Notes: generated by a model from the sequence alone, not told the origin. A DNA stretch of 64,000 bases from Lama guanicoe (GCA_013239625.1 MU053304.1:1488001-1552000); one strand, 5' to 3'. Positions 50,501 through 63,260 are shown, counted from the first letter of the stretch. A program made the numbers and translations.

Positions 50501-53500
50501 GGATAATAGGTACATGAGATCTCATTAAACCACCTGTTTTTTAAAAGCTTACTTTGAATCTGATCCAAATGGTTTCATTAGCCAATAGCCTGTTATAAGA
50601 GAGAAGACAGTAAATTAATTGACAGTGTGCAATTTATATTACATTTATATGTATATGTATATGTAATTTGTATTACATTTATATATATAAAGACAACACA
50701 ATATAGCAGGTGGTACTTTACCCATGAGCTGGGCCTCTGTGCATTTAACTGACTTGGTCAAGGTCACGTGGGTACTTATGCGTTGCAGAGTCAAGTTTCA
50801 AACCCGAGGCCAGCTGGGTTCTTTCCACTACACATCTCCCCAGTATGATAATACTCTGCCACAATATTTAACATCAAAGAATTTCTTGGTTCTTTCACAA
50901 ATAATTATTTTTTTCAAAATAGCCACTGATACACTTATTTTCAGCTGAGTTTTTGGTCCCTTTAATCTTGTGTGAAAAAGATGACTATTGTTTCAAAATA
51001 TGACCATTTCCTCTTCTTGACCAAATTTGATAGAACTTTCTTTTGTTCGCTGCATCCCTTTCTGGTGTGCCAGGCACTGTCCTAGGCACTTGGGAGAGAG
51101 GCATCAGCAAACAGAACAGAAGAAGATCCCCGCCCTCATGGAGCTTGTATTGGTAGCAGCAGGGGAGAAGGGGTCAGATCGTAAGTAATACACACAGTAA
51201 AAAAGTAAATTATACGGTTAAGTGCTTACTACAGGGAAAAAAGAAAGGTAGACTAGGGTAAGACGGACTGGGAATGGGAGTGGTGGACAGGGGAGGCTTG
51301 CATTTTTAAAGTAGGATGGTCACACTAATGAACTCATCTACCAAACAGACTCGCAGATATAGTAAACAATCTTATGGTTACTGGGGGAAAAGGGGTGGGA
51401 AGGGATAAATTTGGAAGTTTGAGATCTGCAAATGTTAACTGCTATACATATAAATAGATAAAAAAAAACAAATTTCTTCTGTATAATGCAGGAAACTATA
51501 TTCACTATCTTGTAATAACCTTTTATGAAAATGAATATATGTATATATATGCATGACTGGAATATTATGCCGTACCCCAGGAACTGATACATTGTAACTG
51601 GCTATACTTCAATTAAAAACAGAAGAGGATGGTCAGGTGGGCTTCACTGAGAAGATGCTCTGTGAACAGGAGACAGGGCCTGAGCCCTAGGTCTGTCTGA
51701 GGGGAGGAACATTCTAGCAAAGGGAACAACCAGCTTTTATAAAGAGATAAGCTCTCCAAAATTCATGTTAGCCATAGAAATCTTCAGAATTCAATTAATT
51801 TTATCAAACAGTGTGCAGATAACTGAAAGTCAACCAATTTGTTAGGATGTAGGCCCAGTTTACAGACTATTGAATATTTTTCTGTCCCTTTGAATATTTA
51901 GAAATTAGGGATTTCTGGCTTTTGTGGACTTAAAACTCATAGAGGTTAGCTTAGAGTTTGGTTCAAAATTAAAGGTAGCCCTTTTTTTCATGCTTCTCTC
52001 TCTTGTAATGCAAATTATTGCTACGTTACTGCCCTCACTGAGGCCTGGCTGGTGGCTTGGGGACCTACCTGCTCCCGCTTCTGCTGGCAGTTACTTAAGA
52101 AGGTAACTTAATTGTTCTTAAAACAAAAGTATCCACCTGAGGATGAGTATTCTTAGTTGAGGATCATTGGCTTCTGACAGTTGCTGTAAATATCACTGCT
52201 CTAAGGTAGATAAAGGAGGTGGGTTACTTCCAAGCACTTATTTTAGAAACTGAACCAAAACCCTTCTGCAGCTCCGTGCTGGCAGCTCGAGGGGATGAGC
52301 AGTTTAGGGTGAGAGGCAGCATGGGCAGTGGAAGAGGACCAGACTCTGTAGTTGGGTCTGAATTCCAACCTCGAGTCTCCAGTTACCTGCTGCAGGGTCT
52401 TAAGAAAGTTTCTTACTCTCCATGAGGCTCAAGACCCCCTTTTATATAATGTGGGTGTATAACCACAGGTAGCTTTTGGGTTGTTGTGAAAACTAAATCA
52501 GATAAAGCCCGTAAAGCAACTGGCACGCCATCGCCACTAAATTAGTGGTCATTGTTATTATAATTGTATGTATGACAGCTCTGCTCTCCTTCCAAATTCA
52601 AGAAATTCCAAAACTATTAAATGATGCTGAACTGGAGAGGCCTCTCGGCTTTGCCGGGTGCTATGAGTCAGTCTCTTTTATACAATGAAGCTGCTCTTCG
52701 AGTGTCGGGAGGTCGTAAGCATTAGAACTAGATGGGCCCCATGATTGTCTTATAGAAGTGGGGCTGTGGTTTCCCTCTGCCCGTACCTGCAAGTTGAGAA
52801 CCCAACTCAACCTGCTGACCAGCATTTCATTTCATTTTATTTCATTTCATTTCATATTTATTTTATTTTTAAATAAACCGCTTCTTAGAGCAGTTTTAGG
52901 TTCACAAAGTCGAGCAGAAAGCACAGGCTGTTCCCAACACCCCCGCCCCAACACACACAACCTCCCCTACCAGCATTTTAATTTTGTCCACGTCAGTCAC
53001 AGACTGTTCCTATTTTCTAAGAAAGATGCAATTAAAAATTGGAGATGCAAATAAGTATTACGTGGTTTTGACATCTAGGAGCTACATATATTGATGGGTG
53101 GGTGCGTTTGAATTCCTTTCACTCTTCCAATTAATTTGGGAACACACTGGCCTGTTCCTGAGGTTTCTACAAACTGCCTGGCGTCACTCTTCATCCCCTG
53201 GCACGTAAAGGCTTTCCAGTGTGTTGAGTTCAGTTAGCGCTGACAGAGCCCTCAGAGTCATTCATTCTTTCAATAAATCACTAAGCACACACTGCGTGCT
53301 CTGGGCGGTGCCTGGCATACAAGGGGCGGAAATACAGACACAGTCCTGCCCTTGCGGAGTCTATGGTCTGATGTGAGAATGCAGGCTTGTTTTATTATGG
53401 GCTTACCCTACGCTGAAAAGCCTGCTGGGGGAAAAGATGGGCTAGAAACGCCTTGTGGATGATCATCTTGATACTTACCTCCTGAGCTCCTTTTTGCACT

Positions 53501-53577
53501 CATTATTATTTCTTTGTTTAAAAGAAAAGTTACAGAACCCAAGTGTCCATCCACAGATGGATGGATAAACAAAATGT

Positions 53578-53623
<46 letters not shown>

Positions 53624-56600
53624 GACTGTTATTCAGCCTTGAAAAGGAAGGACATTCTTATTTGTGCTACAACATGGATGAACCTAGAGGATATTGTGCT
53701 AAGTGAAACAAACGAATCACAAAAAGACAAGTACTATTTCCATTATTTGAGGTACTTAGATTTATAGACTCAAAAGGAAGAATGGTGGTTCTCAGCAACT
53801 AGAAGGAATGGAGTGTTGTTTAATGGATATAAAGTTTCAGTTTTGCAAGATGAAAAGAGTTTGGAGATTGGTTGCACAACAATGTGAATGTACTTGACAC
53901 TACTGAACCCTTAAAAAAGGGTTACAATGATACAAAAATAAACTAAAAAAAAGAGTTACAGTGATAAATTATGTTATATATATTTGATCACAATTTTAAA
54001 AATAATACTATATAGCACCATAAGAAATGTATCGGCGAGCTGATATTAAGTGTAAAAAGCAGAATAAAAAATTATTAATAGAATTTAATAAGAACGAGTC
54101 GAAATCTATGTAAGTGAAAATTAATATGAAAAATCCAAATGCTTAATGTGCTTATATAAATACGGCAGGATCATGGGTATTTTTTCCATTGTTAAATGAA
54201 AAATACGTATTAAAAATGACAGTTATCGAGACGAATGCAGTGAAGTGCAGATGACCTTTGGATGCTGCGCGCGGGAGATACGGCCTCTGACGTGGCGCTG
54301 TGTGCTTCCTCCCCTCTTCCCCGGCGCAGGCTTCGGCAGCGGGATGGCCTACCTGCCGGCCGTGGTCATGGTGGGGAGGTACTTCCAGAAGAGGCGCGCG
54401 CTGGCCCAGGGCCTCAGCACCACCGGGACCGGGTTCGGCACGTTCCTCATGACGGTGCTGCTGAAGTACCTGTGCGCGGAGTACGGCTGGCGGAACGCCA
54501 TGTTCATCCAAGGCGCCGTCTCCCTGAACCTGTGTGTCTGCGGCGCGCTCATGCGGCCCCTCTCTCCTGGGCTGGACGGAGAGGACCCGGGAGGGAAAGA
54601 GCCGCACGTCCTCCGGGCTCACTCCACGGAATCGGTCGGGTCCAGCGGGCAGATGGGCGGAGCGCAAGAGAAGGGTGGCGGCCCGGGCACCGAGGACGCC
54701 GTCGGGGACGCGGCAGCGCAGGCGCGCCCGGGGACGGCGGCGCTCGGAAAGGACATGTGCACCCTGCGGGTCCTGAAGGCGGTGAGCCAGCTGACCGTGA
54801 GGGTCCGCAGGGGCTTCCGGGACTGGTACTCCGGCTACTTCGGGGCCGCTTCGCTCTTTACTAATCGGATGTTCGTCGCCTTCATTTTCTGGGCTCTGTT
54901 TGCCTACAGCAGCTTTGTCATCCCTTTCATTCACCTCCCCGAAATAGTCAACTTGTATAATTTATCGGAGCAAAACGATGTTTTCCCTCTGACTTCGATT
55001 ATAGCAATAGTCCATATCTTTGGGAAAGTGATCCTGGGCGTTGTGGCCGACCTGCCGTGCATCAGCGTCTGGAATGTCTTCCTGATGGCCAACTTCACCC
55101 TGGTCCTCAGTATTTTCATTCTGCCCCTGATGCACACGTACGCTGGCCTGGCGGTCATCTGCGCCCTGATAGGGTTTTCCAGCGGTTACTTCTCCCTGAT
55201 GCCCGTGGTGACTGAAGACTTGGTGGGGATTGAGCACCTGGCCAACGCCTACGGCATCATCATCTGTGCTAACGGCATCTCCGCCTTGCTGGGACCGCCT
55301 TTTGCAGGTAAATCGTTCAAAGTTTTAAGAGCTGAGAATTTGTGTGGAAAGGTTGCGTTGTCATTTATAAGTCCGAGATGAACAAGAGGGAAGTTTCCGT
55401 TTGTGTACTTGCTCCTTTTTCCCTCCCATTCCTGCCTCCGGTTTCTCATGTGTAAATTTTAGCAAGTTAAAGGTCATTCCTTCATGTAGAAAGTAGATGA
55501 ACTTTTGATCCATAACCTGCGACTTAAAAGGGCCAGGCTGGTGAAGTGGACGGTAGAGTAGTGTGGCGCCCCTGCCCCTTCTGGAGGAGGCAGCCTCTGC
55601 CCAGCTCCATCCGATTTTGATCACCAGGGAATGTGGAAAATCATTACCAGCTCTTCTGTTGTCTGTTGCCCCCGAAGAAGCTGGGACTCTGCACTCTTAG
55701 GTGACATTTCCAGATTTTCAAAGCACTGTGTCCGACAGATGAATTCTGTGGTTTGGATCTAGCCCTGTAGTAGTTTCCTCCTGGTGTGCAATAAATTGCT
55801 GCAAGCTTAGTGGTTTAAAACAATACAAATTTATTGTCTTACAGTTCTAGGGGTCAGAAGGCTAAACTGGATCACAGTGGGCCAATACCAAGGTGCCAGT
55901 GGAACTGCATTCCTTCCGGAGGCTCTCAGGGGGACTCCATCTCCTCACCTCTTACAGCTTCTGGAGGCTGCCTACTTTTTTTGGCTCCTAGCCTCTCCCT
56001 CAATCTAAGCCAACAGCATAGCATCTTTTCATCTCTCTTGATTCTGACTCTCCTGCCTCCTTTTTTCATTCTTAAAGATACCTATGATGACACTGGGTCC
56101 ACCAGCTAATCCAGGATAGTCCCCCATGTCAAAGTCCTTAGCTTGAACACACCTGCAAGGAAGGTCCCTGTTGCCACATAAGGTCATCTGCACAGGTTCC
56201 AGGGATTAGGATGTGTGTATTCGGGAAAGCTCAGACATTCCACCTGCCTCAGGCCCAGAGGGCCCCGGTTGGCAACATGATCTGTCACGTATGTTCACCT
56301 CAGTTTAATGGAGAATTGGCTTCTTGCATTGAGCATACCAGAAGCCATAGGCACCACTGAGGGGACCTGTGTCTGGGCCAGTTACCTCTCTGACCTTGCC
56401 ATTCTGGGCAGGTTTTAAACTTTGTGACGGGTAGACCCAATCCCCAAGAGGCCAGTGTTGGGCAAAAGTGATCAAGTCTACCCGCTATCCATGGATTGGA
56501 GGCAGGAGCCCACGAAGTGTGGTAGGGGCCAGGGCCAAATGCAAAGGAGAGGTGTTTTTTGGAGGTGACTATTAGGGCAGCCAGGCCAGGGCTGGTGGCA

Positions 56601-59600
56601 GTTGTCAGAACTGCTGGAAGTTTCGTGCAGTGTTTAAGCTAACCTGGGAGAGCATCACCTTTTCAGATTCCTCCTCCACCTCCGTGCTGCTTGTCTGGCT
56701 GATCCTGGCCCTTTATTCTCATACCCTCTGCAGAAATATTTCTTCCCATGCATGTGAGGAACACCATGGGTGCAGGACAAAGCCTTCCCCACCCCTTTCT
56801 TCCCAGTCTCTCCATGGACCCTACAGTCATCTCCTGCCCTACTGGCAGAGGACTTGTACCAACACAGCCATTTTTGTATTGCCCTCAGAATGTGAAGCTC
56901 AAGAAAACAGATTTTTACCTACACAGCTGACAACACTGGCAGCTGGCTGACTAAAGGTTTAAGGACCAAGAATTGCTTAAGGAAACCTAGAGGCTACAGA
57001 CAGACCCCCTCCTGGATCAAGCTGCTCCTGTTTTCTGCCCATACACAGAGATACAGGCACAGCATTTCTCGGTGACAAGGAATAATGATAGCAGTGCAGC
57101 AGACTAATATTGGCAGCTGAAAAGTCAGAACTGCTCAGTGATCTCACTGTATAGAATTCTCTATCAGTTGGGGATGCATTTGGTTGTAAGAGAACATCCT
57201 CCAATGGAGTGTGTCACATAACCAGAAATCTAGAGTTCAGGGACTAGATGATGATGGGACAGTGTCTCAAGATGCTCTGGGCCTTTTCCACAGGTTAGTT
57301 GCCTCATGGTCACACAAATGGCTGCAGTAGCTCCAGCCACTAACACATCCTCATTTATAACAAGAAAGGAAGGGATGAAGCCTTAGTCCTAGCAGAATTC
57401 CACTTATATCTGATTGGCCAGCTTCACACAGCTAGTCCAAGCTTCAAGGGAAACTGAGAATTGGAGAATTTTGCTTTCCAGCGTCTGTACTAGAGGAAGG
57501 AAAGGAGAAGAGAATTAGGATTGGAGTTTGGATCAGTCAACCATGGCAACTTTCAGAGAAGTTAAACTAAAATATCCATTAAGGGGATGGGAATATTATC
57601 AGTGGCTCATCCACCCTCTTGTTGGACGCCTTTTAGATATGTTGTATGTAGAAATGAAATCTCTCTTTGAGGGGTACTTTCTGCTTCTAATGCTCAGTGG
57701 GGTTATTTTATATGGATCCATCAGATTTCAGCAGCAGCATCACAACACAGCTATGTGGTGCAGCAGAAGTAATTCATGATCCATGTTAATTAAAGCACCA
57801 AGGTTTGCCAGCATAGTTTCCTTAACCCATTCTTTTTCACACATTTGCATTCTAGTACACTTTCTTGAGTGGAAGAGGAAGGAATTACAACTAGAGGACA
57901 AGGAGTTAGATCCAACCCTGAGTCATCATGTCTTATCTTTGCTCGCTTCAGGGGTCCTCCCTGGAAGTGGATTCTGTGGCTGAGTGTAGCTCCATCCACC
58001 ATGAGTGGTAGAAACCATTGTATTAATGGTGATTTACAAACCTACCGTGAATGTGTGTCAAGTGCTGCCAGGGGACTCTAAAATCAATGTTCCGACGTAC
58101 GTCTCCAGGCCAGCCATCTAAAAGGGCCTCTCCATTTTTGCTTGTTTCTTCTCCTTCCACTGAACTCATATCCCGAGGAATGCCAATCAGCATGACCAGC
58201 TGAGTTCTGTTTAATTCATTGACTTTCCAGGCCAAGGAGCCAACATTGCAGTGACATGCAAGGCCAGCCTTTTTGCATCATTTTGCAGAGTGATTGGCAA
58301 TATGAGTGACTAAATAACCACATTAAATTCTTGCTAGAAATTCCAGGTGGTCTAGAAATTATTACTTGGCTTGATTTGCTACCGGGAAGATTACTGCTCA
58401 CATTAGCTTTTTCTTTTTTAATGGATTTAGGAATGAATATATTTTCTATTTTTCAAAGCGGTTTCTACTGACATTAAAAAATCTGGTACAATTTAGTAGC
58501 ATGTTAGACAATCACACATTTCCATTTAGAAGAAGAATGTGCAATCAGCGATATTAAACAGACATTTCAACCATGTCATTTAGCAACATGAACTTCTTGA
58601 TGTAATTCATTTATAACGTTTCTGGGCATTCGGCTCATCTCTTTTAAAGATGTAATAATAGTAGATACTTTTCTAGATGTTTCTGGGGTAAAGCAAAACT
58701 CGGCCACCAGATTTGACTGACCAAGAATCTACATGCATCTCCAGCATCAAATATAACACCCGAACAACAATTTGTAATGTTTTTTCACCAAGACCCGGGA
58801 ACACGTATTTAATAAATAAGAAGAATAGCCATCACTTCTCATTTGACAGATTCAAATGAAAAGGAGTGCAATTTATTTAAATGGAGGTACTGGGTATTGA
58901 ACTCAGGACCCGATGCATTCTAAGCATGCACTCTGCCACTGAGCTATTACCCTCCCCTGCCCCTGGAATACAGTTTAATAGGGAACCAGATTTTACTTTG
59001 AAACTGTTGATTTCAATTGATAGTTGGATCAGGATTGCCCAGGATCCCAGGCTCCAAACCAAGGGATGAAGATCAGACCTGTAGGGAGACATGGTGAAGG
59101 ATGAATGAGGAGGGCAGCTTGTCTGAAACACCTTATTTCTAAAGAGTCATGTCCCCACGTGCTGGGTCAGAGCACAAGGCAAAGTACTGTCTCCTAACCT
59201 GATCTGCATCTGACTCGGGACTGGGTTGAGTTCAAACTAGCAGAGATGGCAGGATCTGGAGACATTTCAGAATAAATCCTAATGGTAGAATGGAGAAACC
59301 TATGGGATTAATTTAACACAAAATTTAGGACTGTGCCTCCAATTTGTACTGTTACATTGTTTGGTACAGTTGGGTGCACTTTTGAAACATTGACATATGA
59401 GTTACTTTCAAAAACTGGGGTGTGAGAAGATGCTTTTACAAACGTTTATACGTTTAGGAAAAAGATGCAAATTTAAGGCTGTAATAGTGTGTAACACACT
59501 TAGCACACGTTTTCTGTAGCCTGCAGAGACAAGAGGATGGAGTGGAGGGAAGGAGATGTTAGGGTGTTCTAAGGGAGGTGGTGGTTATTACTGTCCTCCC

Positions 59601-60388
59601 AGAAGGGGGACCAGTACATGGACAGACAAGAAGCCAAGACAGATGTGTCTGAAACTCAGTATGGCTTGTGCTTGTGGTTAAGCTTGGGACAACAAGGGGG
59701 AGAGGTGGGTAGGGACCACATCACAGAGCCCTGGAGCTTGTGCTCAACGGCTTCAAACGAACAAGTAAGTAGTCTGAACTGAATACAAATTAATTTTCCA
59801 GTGAGGATATTGTTTTATTGCTGAGGTCCGTGTTAAGTGGTGATGGTAGGTCAGCTTGTTTCAGCTGTTGGATTTGGCCACGTAGAGCACCATTTTCTAC
59901 TCTCAATCACTTGATCATGCGACAAGTGAGGATTTAACTATCAAAATGACAAGATCAGCTTTCATATGGGATGAGTGGAGTATGAGAACCTCATTTATAT
60001 GTATTGATTTTTTAAAAATTGTAGCTTAAAATAGTCCCATCATGTACTCTGCTTATAGAGCCTCTCCACTCGGCATTACCTGCAAGTGAATTGTTCACTT
60101 CATCCTAATTCACAGTGGTCCACGATTGACAAATGGTGGCACCGAGGAAGACTGGAATGTGTTTTTGATCATATGTCAGTGTGTCTTTCTGATTTAATTC
60201 TATAGCTGAACCACAGTTTCTGGATGATATGTTTAATCTTATTTGTCCCTCTTGTCTCAGATTGGAGATTAAGAAGAGATGCTAAAACATTTACTAAGCC
60301 ACATCTAAAGCCTCATATTTTCTTCCTTTATATATCAGTTAACAAACCCAGCATAGCCAGAATTCGTAGCTTTTGAGTGGTTAAAATA

Positions 60389-60426
<38 letters not shown>

Positions 60427-61871
60427 AGCCACATTAATTATGCACTAGATACAATAAACAAGAGACACAGATAACCCTCAGGAAATCAGAGGTACTAGTT
60501 TACACAATTAGCAGTTGCTTTTGTGCAGCTGTCTGTTGGTGGGAGAAGGTAAAGTTGCATTTATGCATTCATTCATTTGCCAGTTAGATATGCTTTAAAA
60601 GATGTTTTTTAAAAGTGGCCATGGAATACTATGTTTGGTCATTAAATCATTTATATTTTTCTTATGCCTTTGCTAATTAATGCACTTGTTGAAATGGAAA
60701 AAGTGAATGTTTACATTTACATTTTTTCCATAGATAAAATTCTGTGTGTAGCTTAATCCTCTCAGTTAGCATAGTTGGCTACATGGGGACCGTGACATGT
60801 GACTGGTTCTTGGAATTAATCCCTGAAGTAAAAGAAATATCGTATTTCATAGTTTCTGAGACTTTTTTTTTCTTCACATTTTAACATCTCGGAAATCAGA
60901 ATGCCTTTTACAAAGTCCTAGGAAAACACTGAGTCACATTTTTATTGACAAAAATATTTCTTTGTTATTGGTACATAATAATGATGCATCGTGTAAGTCA
61001 TGGTATCTTAGAATGCATGAAATATGGTAGTATTTTCGAGTACTGTGTAAGATCATTATATGAAAGTATTAGATTATAATACTGAAGTATTTTTTGAAAA
61101 GAATGGCTAGGTTAGTCAGCAATTAAGGCTATATCTTCAGCAATTTACAGTTTCATAAATTTAAACATATATTAAAGTTTTATAGCTCTACGTGTGAATT
61201 TTATAAAGCCTGGAAATTTTTATTCTTTCTATATCAGATGTTTGCCCTCAAATACTTCAGAATGAATGGAAGTTCAAATAAATGTCTTTTGCTTAGTTTC
61301 TTTTGATACACCCCAAAAACTTCTTCAGAAGCATTTTGAGGTTTTAGGAAAGATATGTGTTTATATTTGTGTAAAAAAAAAAATCATCAGATTCACTTTT
61401 CACAGCTGGCTTTGTACTGGCCTGAGAGTTACCCCAAAGGCCGTGAGCCAGAAGACTCTCTCATCAGCCGGCCAGCTACTGTTTCAGTGCCTTAAAAAGT
61501 ACCCCAGGGGCTTAAAAGATAAATGCAGACACCCCAGGCAGTGAGAACTCTAGTTCGGACAGCACAGACTTAAGAATGGCTAAATGAAACTTTTGGGGCC
61601 TCAAATGACATATCATACATCCTTACAAAATTATTTATAATAGCAATAAATGCTTGCTTTGTGTTCTTGACTGTTTTTTCAACTTCGGTACACTGAATAT
61701 ATTCCTTTTTGTTTTGTAGGGTGGATCTACGACATCACACAAAAATATGATTTTTCCTTCTATATATGCGGTTTACTTTACATGGTAGGAATCCTCTTTC
61801 TACTTGTTCAACCATGTATTCAAATTATAGAGCAATCCAGAAAAAAATACATGGATGGTGCAAATGTTTAG
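41306..61871 (+). CDS. SLC16A14: SLC16A14 / MCT14 monocarboxylate transporter 14 (MFS, SLC16 family), spliced CDS join(41306..41564,47321..47464,54330..55307,61720..61871), 510 aa
   Basis: Exon lengths 259+144+978+152=1533 nt, open after splicing; all three junctions are phase 1 with canonical GT-AG. N-terminus MYTSHEDIGYDFEDDPKDKKTLKPHPNIDGGWAWMM carries the SLC16 TM1 signature DGGWAW; the MCT loop signature YFQKRRALAQG is present; C-terminus is ...IIEQSRKKYMDGANV*. Sequence and 510-aa length match recalled MCT14. Confidence 0.97.
41680..41970 (-). mobile_element. L1MB-type 3' end (antisense), intron 2
   Basis: tttttattgtggtaaaatatatacaac...ccagaactc...gaaactctgcccccattaagcaataactcccc...gtggaatcatac. 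Confidence 0.8.
42926..43089 (-). mobile_element. tRNA-derived SINE (camelid vic-1 type) with TSD
   Basis: Reverse-complement head actggggattgaacctgggacctcatgcatgctaagcatgcgctctaccacttgagctataccctcccc; flanks tactgat(t/c)tagt. Confidence 0.92.
45708..45812 (-). mobile_element. tRNA-derived SINE (camelid vic-1 type) with perfect 15-bp TSD
   Basis: TGGTTTCTGAATTTC at 45693-45707 and 45813-45827; (tttta)n tail; reverse-complement tRNA-like head. Confidence 0.92.
47321..47464 (+). CDS. SLC16A14: SLC16A14 exon 3 (144 nt)
   Basis: Acceptor ttcctttcttaatgttccgtgacAG; encodes (G)PFIGLFINTCGCRRTAIVGGLLNSLGWVLSAYAANVHCLFITFGVAA-G; donor GCTG|gtaagc. Absent from the ORF track but continues the frame exactly. 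Confidence 0.96.
51323..51625 (+). mobile_element. LINE-1 3' end with TSD, inserted in an L2 remnant (~51060-51730)
   Basis: aatgaactcatctaccaaacagactcgcagat...acattgtaactggctatacttcaattaaaaa; AGGATGGTCA at 51313-51322 and 51626-51635. Confidence 0.88.
53535..54005 (+). mobile_element. L1MA/MB-type 3' end containing (TG)n at ~53580-53614
   Basis: aacccaagtgtccatccacagatggatggataaacaaaatg...gtttcagttttgcaagatgaaaagag...aatgtgaatgtacttgacactactgaac. Confidence 0.85.
54330..55307 (+). CDS. SLC16A14: SLC16A14 exon 4 (978 nt; most of the TM core plus the large cytoplasmic loop)
   Basis: Acceptor cttcctcccctcttccccggcgcAG; lies within ORF 54245..55381, (G)FGSGMAYLPAVVMVGRYFQKRRALAQG...GISALLGPPFA-G; donor GCAG|gtaaat at 55308. 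Confidence 0.97.
55766..56251 (-). mobile_element. MLT1D-like solo LTR, intron 4
   Basis: tgtagtagtttcct...gcttagtggtttaaaacaatacaaatttattgtcttacagttct...ttgccacataaggtca...ggttccagggattaggatgtg. Confidence 0.82.
58872..58957 (-). mobile_element. tRNA-derived SINE (camelid vic-1 type)
   Basis: atggaggtactgggtattgaactcaggacccgatgcattctaagcatgcactctgccactgagctattaccctcccc. Confidence 0.88.
60386..60426. repeat. (AT)n followed by a T16 run, intron 4
   Basis: Read directly from the sequence. Confidence 0.95.
61720..61871 (+). CDS. SLC16A14: SLC16A14 last exon, coding part (last TM helix and C-terminus)
   Basis: Acceptor attcctttttgttttgtAG; encodes (G)WIYDITQKYDFSFYICGLLYMVGILFLLVQPCIQIIEQSRKKYMDGANV; TAG at 61869-61871. 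Confidence 0.96.
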
Positions 61872-63260
61872 TGTCACACTGTGTTCCATGTTAGACTTCT
61901 CTGTCATACTCATGCCTACCTCACATGACTGCCGTGAGGAGCCTGGGACCCATCATGGGAAGGTTACAGTTGTCCGGTAACTGGCACTGTCATTTGTGAA
62001 TGCCACTGTCCTGGCTTCGTTTGAGAGCAGTATTGCCTTTCCGTGTGGGGAGAGGCAATGCTGGCAGGTGTTAAAGACCACATACATCTCAGAGAGAACA
62101 GTGTCCTTCAAAGTCCGTCTATTAAATCACTGGGAAAAATGCCCTTATAAAAACTGTCCTCTCTCGCCAGCCACTAAGACTAGGGTTTTAGATATAGCGT
62201 TTAAAACAAAGACAAAGAATGGAAGCTTTTCAACCTACCTACTTCTTTCTAAGGTGAAAATAAGGTACCTAAAAGCTTCCGGAATGCTCACAGATACAGG
62301 TCTCCCCTGCTTTTCGGAAGCGCTTTCCACCACTTCGCTTTTACGTAAGACCTACATTACTACCTGTTTCTCTCACCGGAAGAAACCCAAAGAGGCTATT
62401 CGCTTTTATGAAAACGGGTGAAACGCATTCAGTGTTTGTTTTTGCAGTAAATCGTTACAGGGGCAGTGCAAGCCCCCAGCAGCAAGAGTGGCGCCACCAA
62501 GCTCCTTCCCGGGAACCACACGGCATCTCAGCATCAAGTCGCAGTAGCTTTGAACTGTGTCTGTGAGCATCTGTGCTTGATCTCGGTATATTTTGTGCAT
62601 CCATGAACAAGATGTGTACTAAGGTGATTGCTTCTGTGCTTTATGCCATTTCAATTAAGGTTTCATAGAACGCTCTGCTTTTGGATAGAGGGGGGAACCT
62701 GTAAATGGGTTTTAAGCACAAGAATATGACTAGAATTCAGAAATTGCTACAGGGAGCTATTGCTCTACCAATGTAAAACAGAGGCAGGCTCTAATTTCAA
62801 ATATGCTTAGTACGGTTAAAGAAATACAGTTTATATTTTTATTAAAAAATCCAGCAGCTAGGGAGTACCATTTCTAAATCTTCCTCTAAGAAGAGCATTT
62901 GCCATTAATCCAAATTCGGTATTAATCCAGTTATAAACTGAATCTTGAGACACAACCTTAATAAATAATATTAATAATTTCTTTAGTGAAAGTCGTATTT
63001 GTGCACACGACCATTGAATCAAGGGCTATGATTCAAGCACTTTTATTTATTTCATTGGCCTCAGTTTATGAGCATGATCTGGGGCCAAGAGAAATCTTTT
63101 TTCTGAGTTTCTCCTGCCCAGTAAATAAAATAGAGAATGAATTGCTGGTTGACATGCAAAGTTGGTGGTTAAATCATTTGTAAAGCATGTTAACTAGTCC
63201 AAAATACAAGACTATCAAGTTGTGATGGTAATAAACGAAATGCCCTTGGTCCAAATGTCT
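61872..63260 (+). other. SLC16A14: SLC16A14 3' UTR (end uncertain, may extend beyond the window); candidate AATAAA at 62960, 63124, 63230
   Basis: Follows the stop codon in the terminal exon; several AATAAA hexamers and one ATTAAA (62121) are present. The site actually used cannot be determined from DNA. Confidence 0.6.
62297..62701. mobile_element. Non-autonomous Tc1/mariner-superfamily (pogo/Tigger-like) DNA transposon in the SLC16A14 3' UTR
   Basis: TA at 62295-62296 and 62702-62703; imperfect TIRs CAGGTCTCCCCTGCTTTTCGGAAGC versus reverse-complement CAGGTTCCCCCCTCTATCCAAAAGC; 405 bp, no transposase ORF. Confidence 0.8.

Noticed and set aside
54152..54934. 260-aa antisense ORF and 200-aa alternative-frame ORF (54262..54864) overlapping exon 4
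   Set aside because: Shadow ORFs produced by the very high GC3 of the real exon; they extend into intron and have no independent support.
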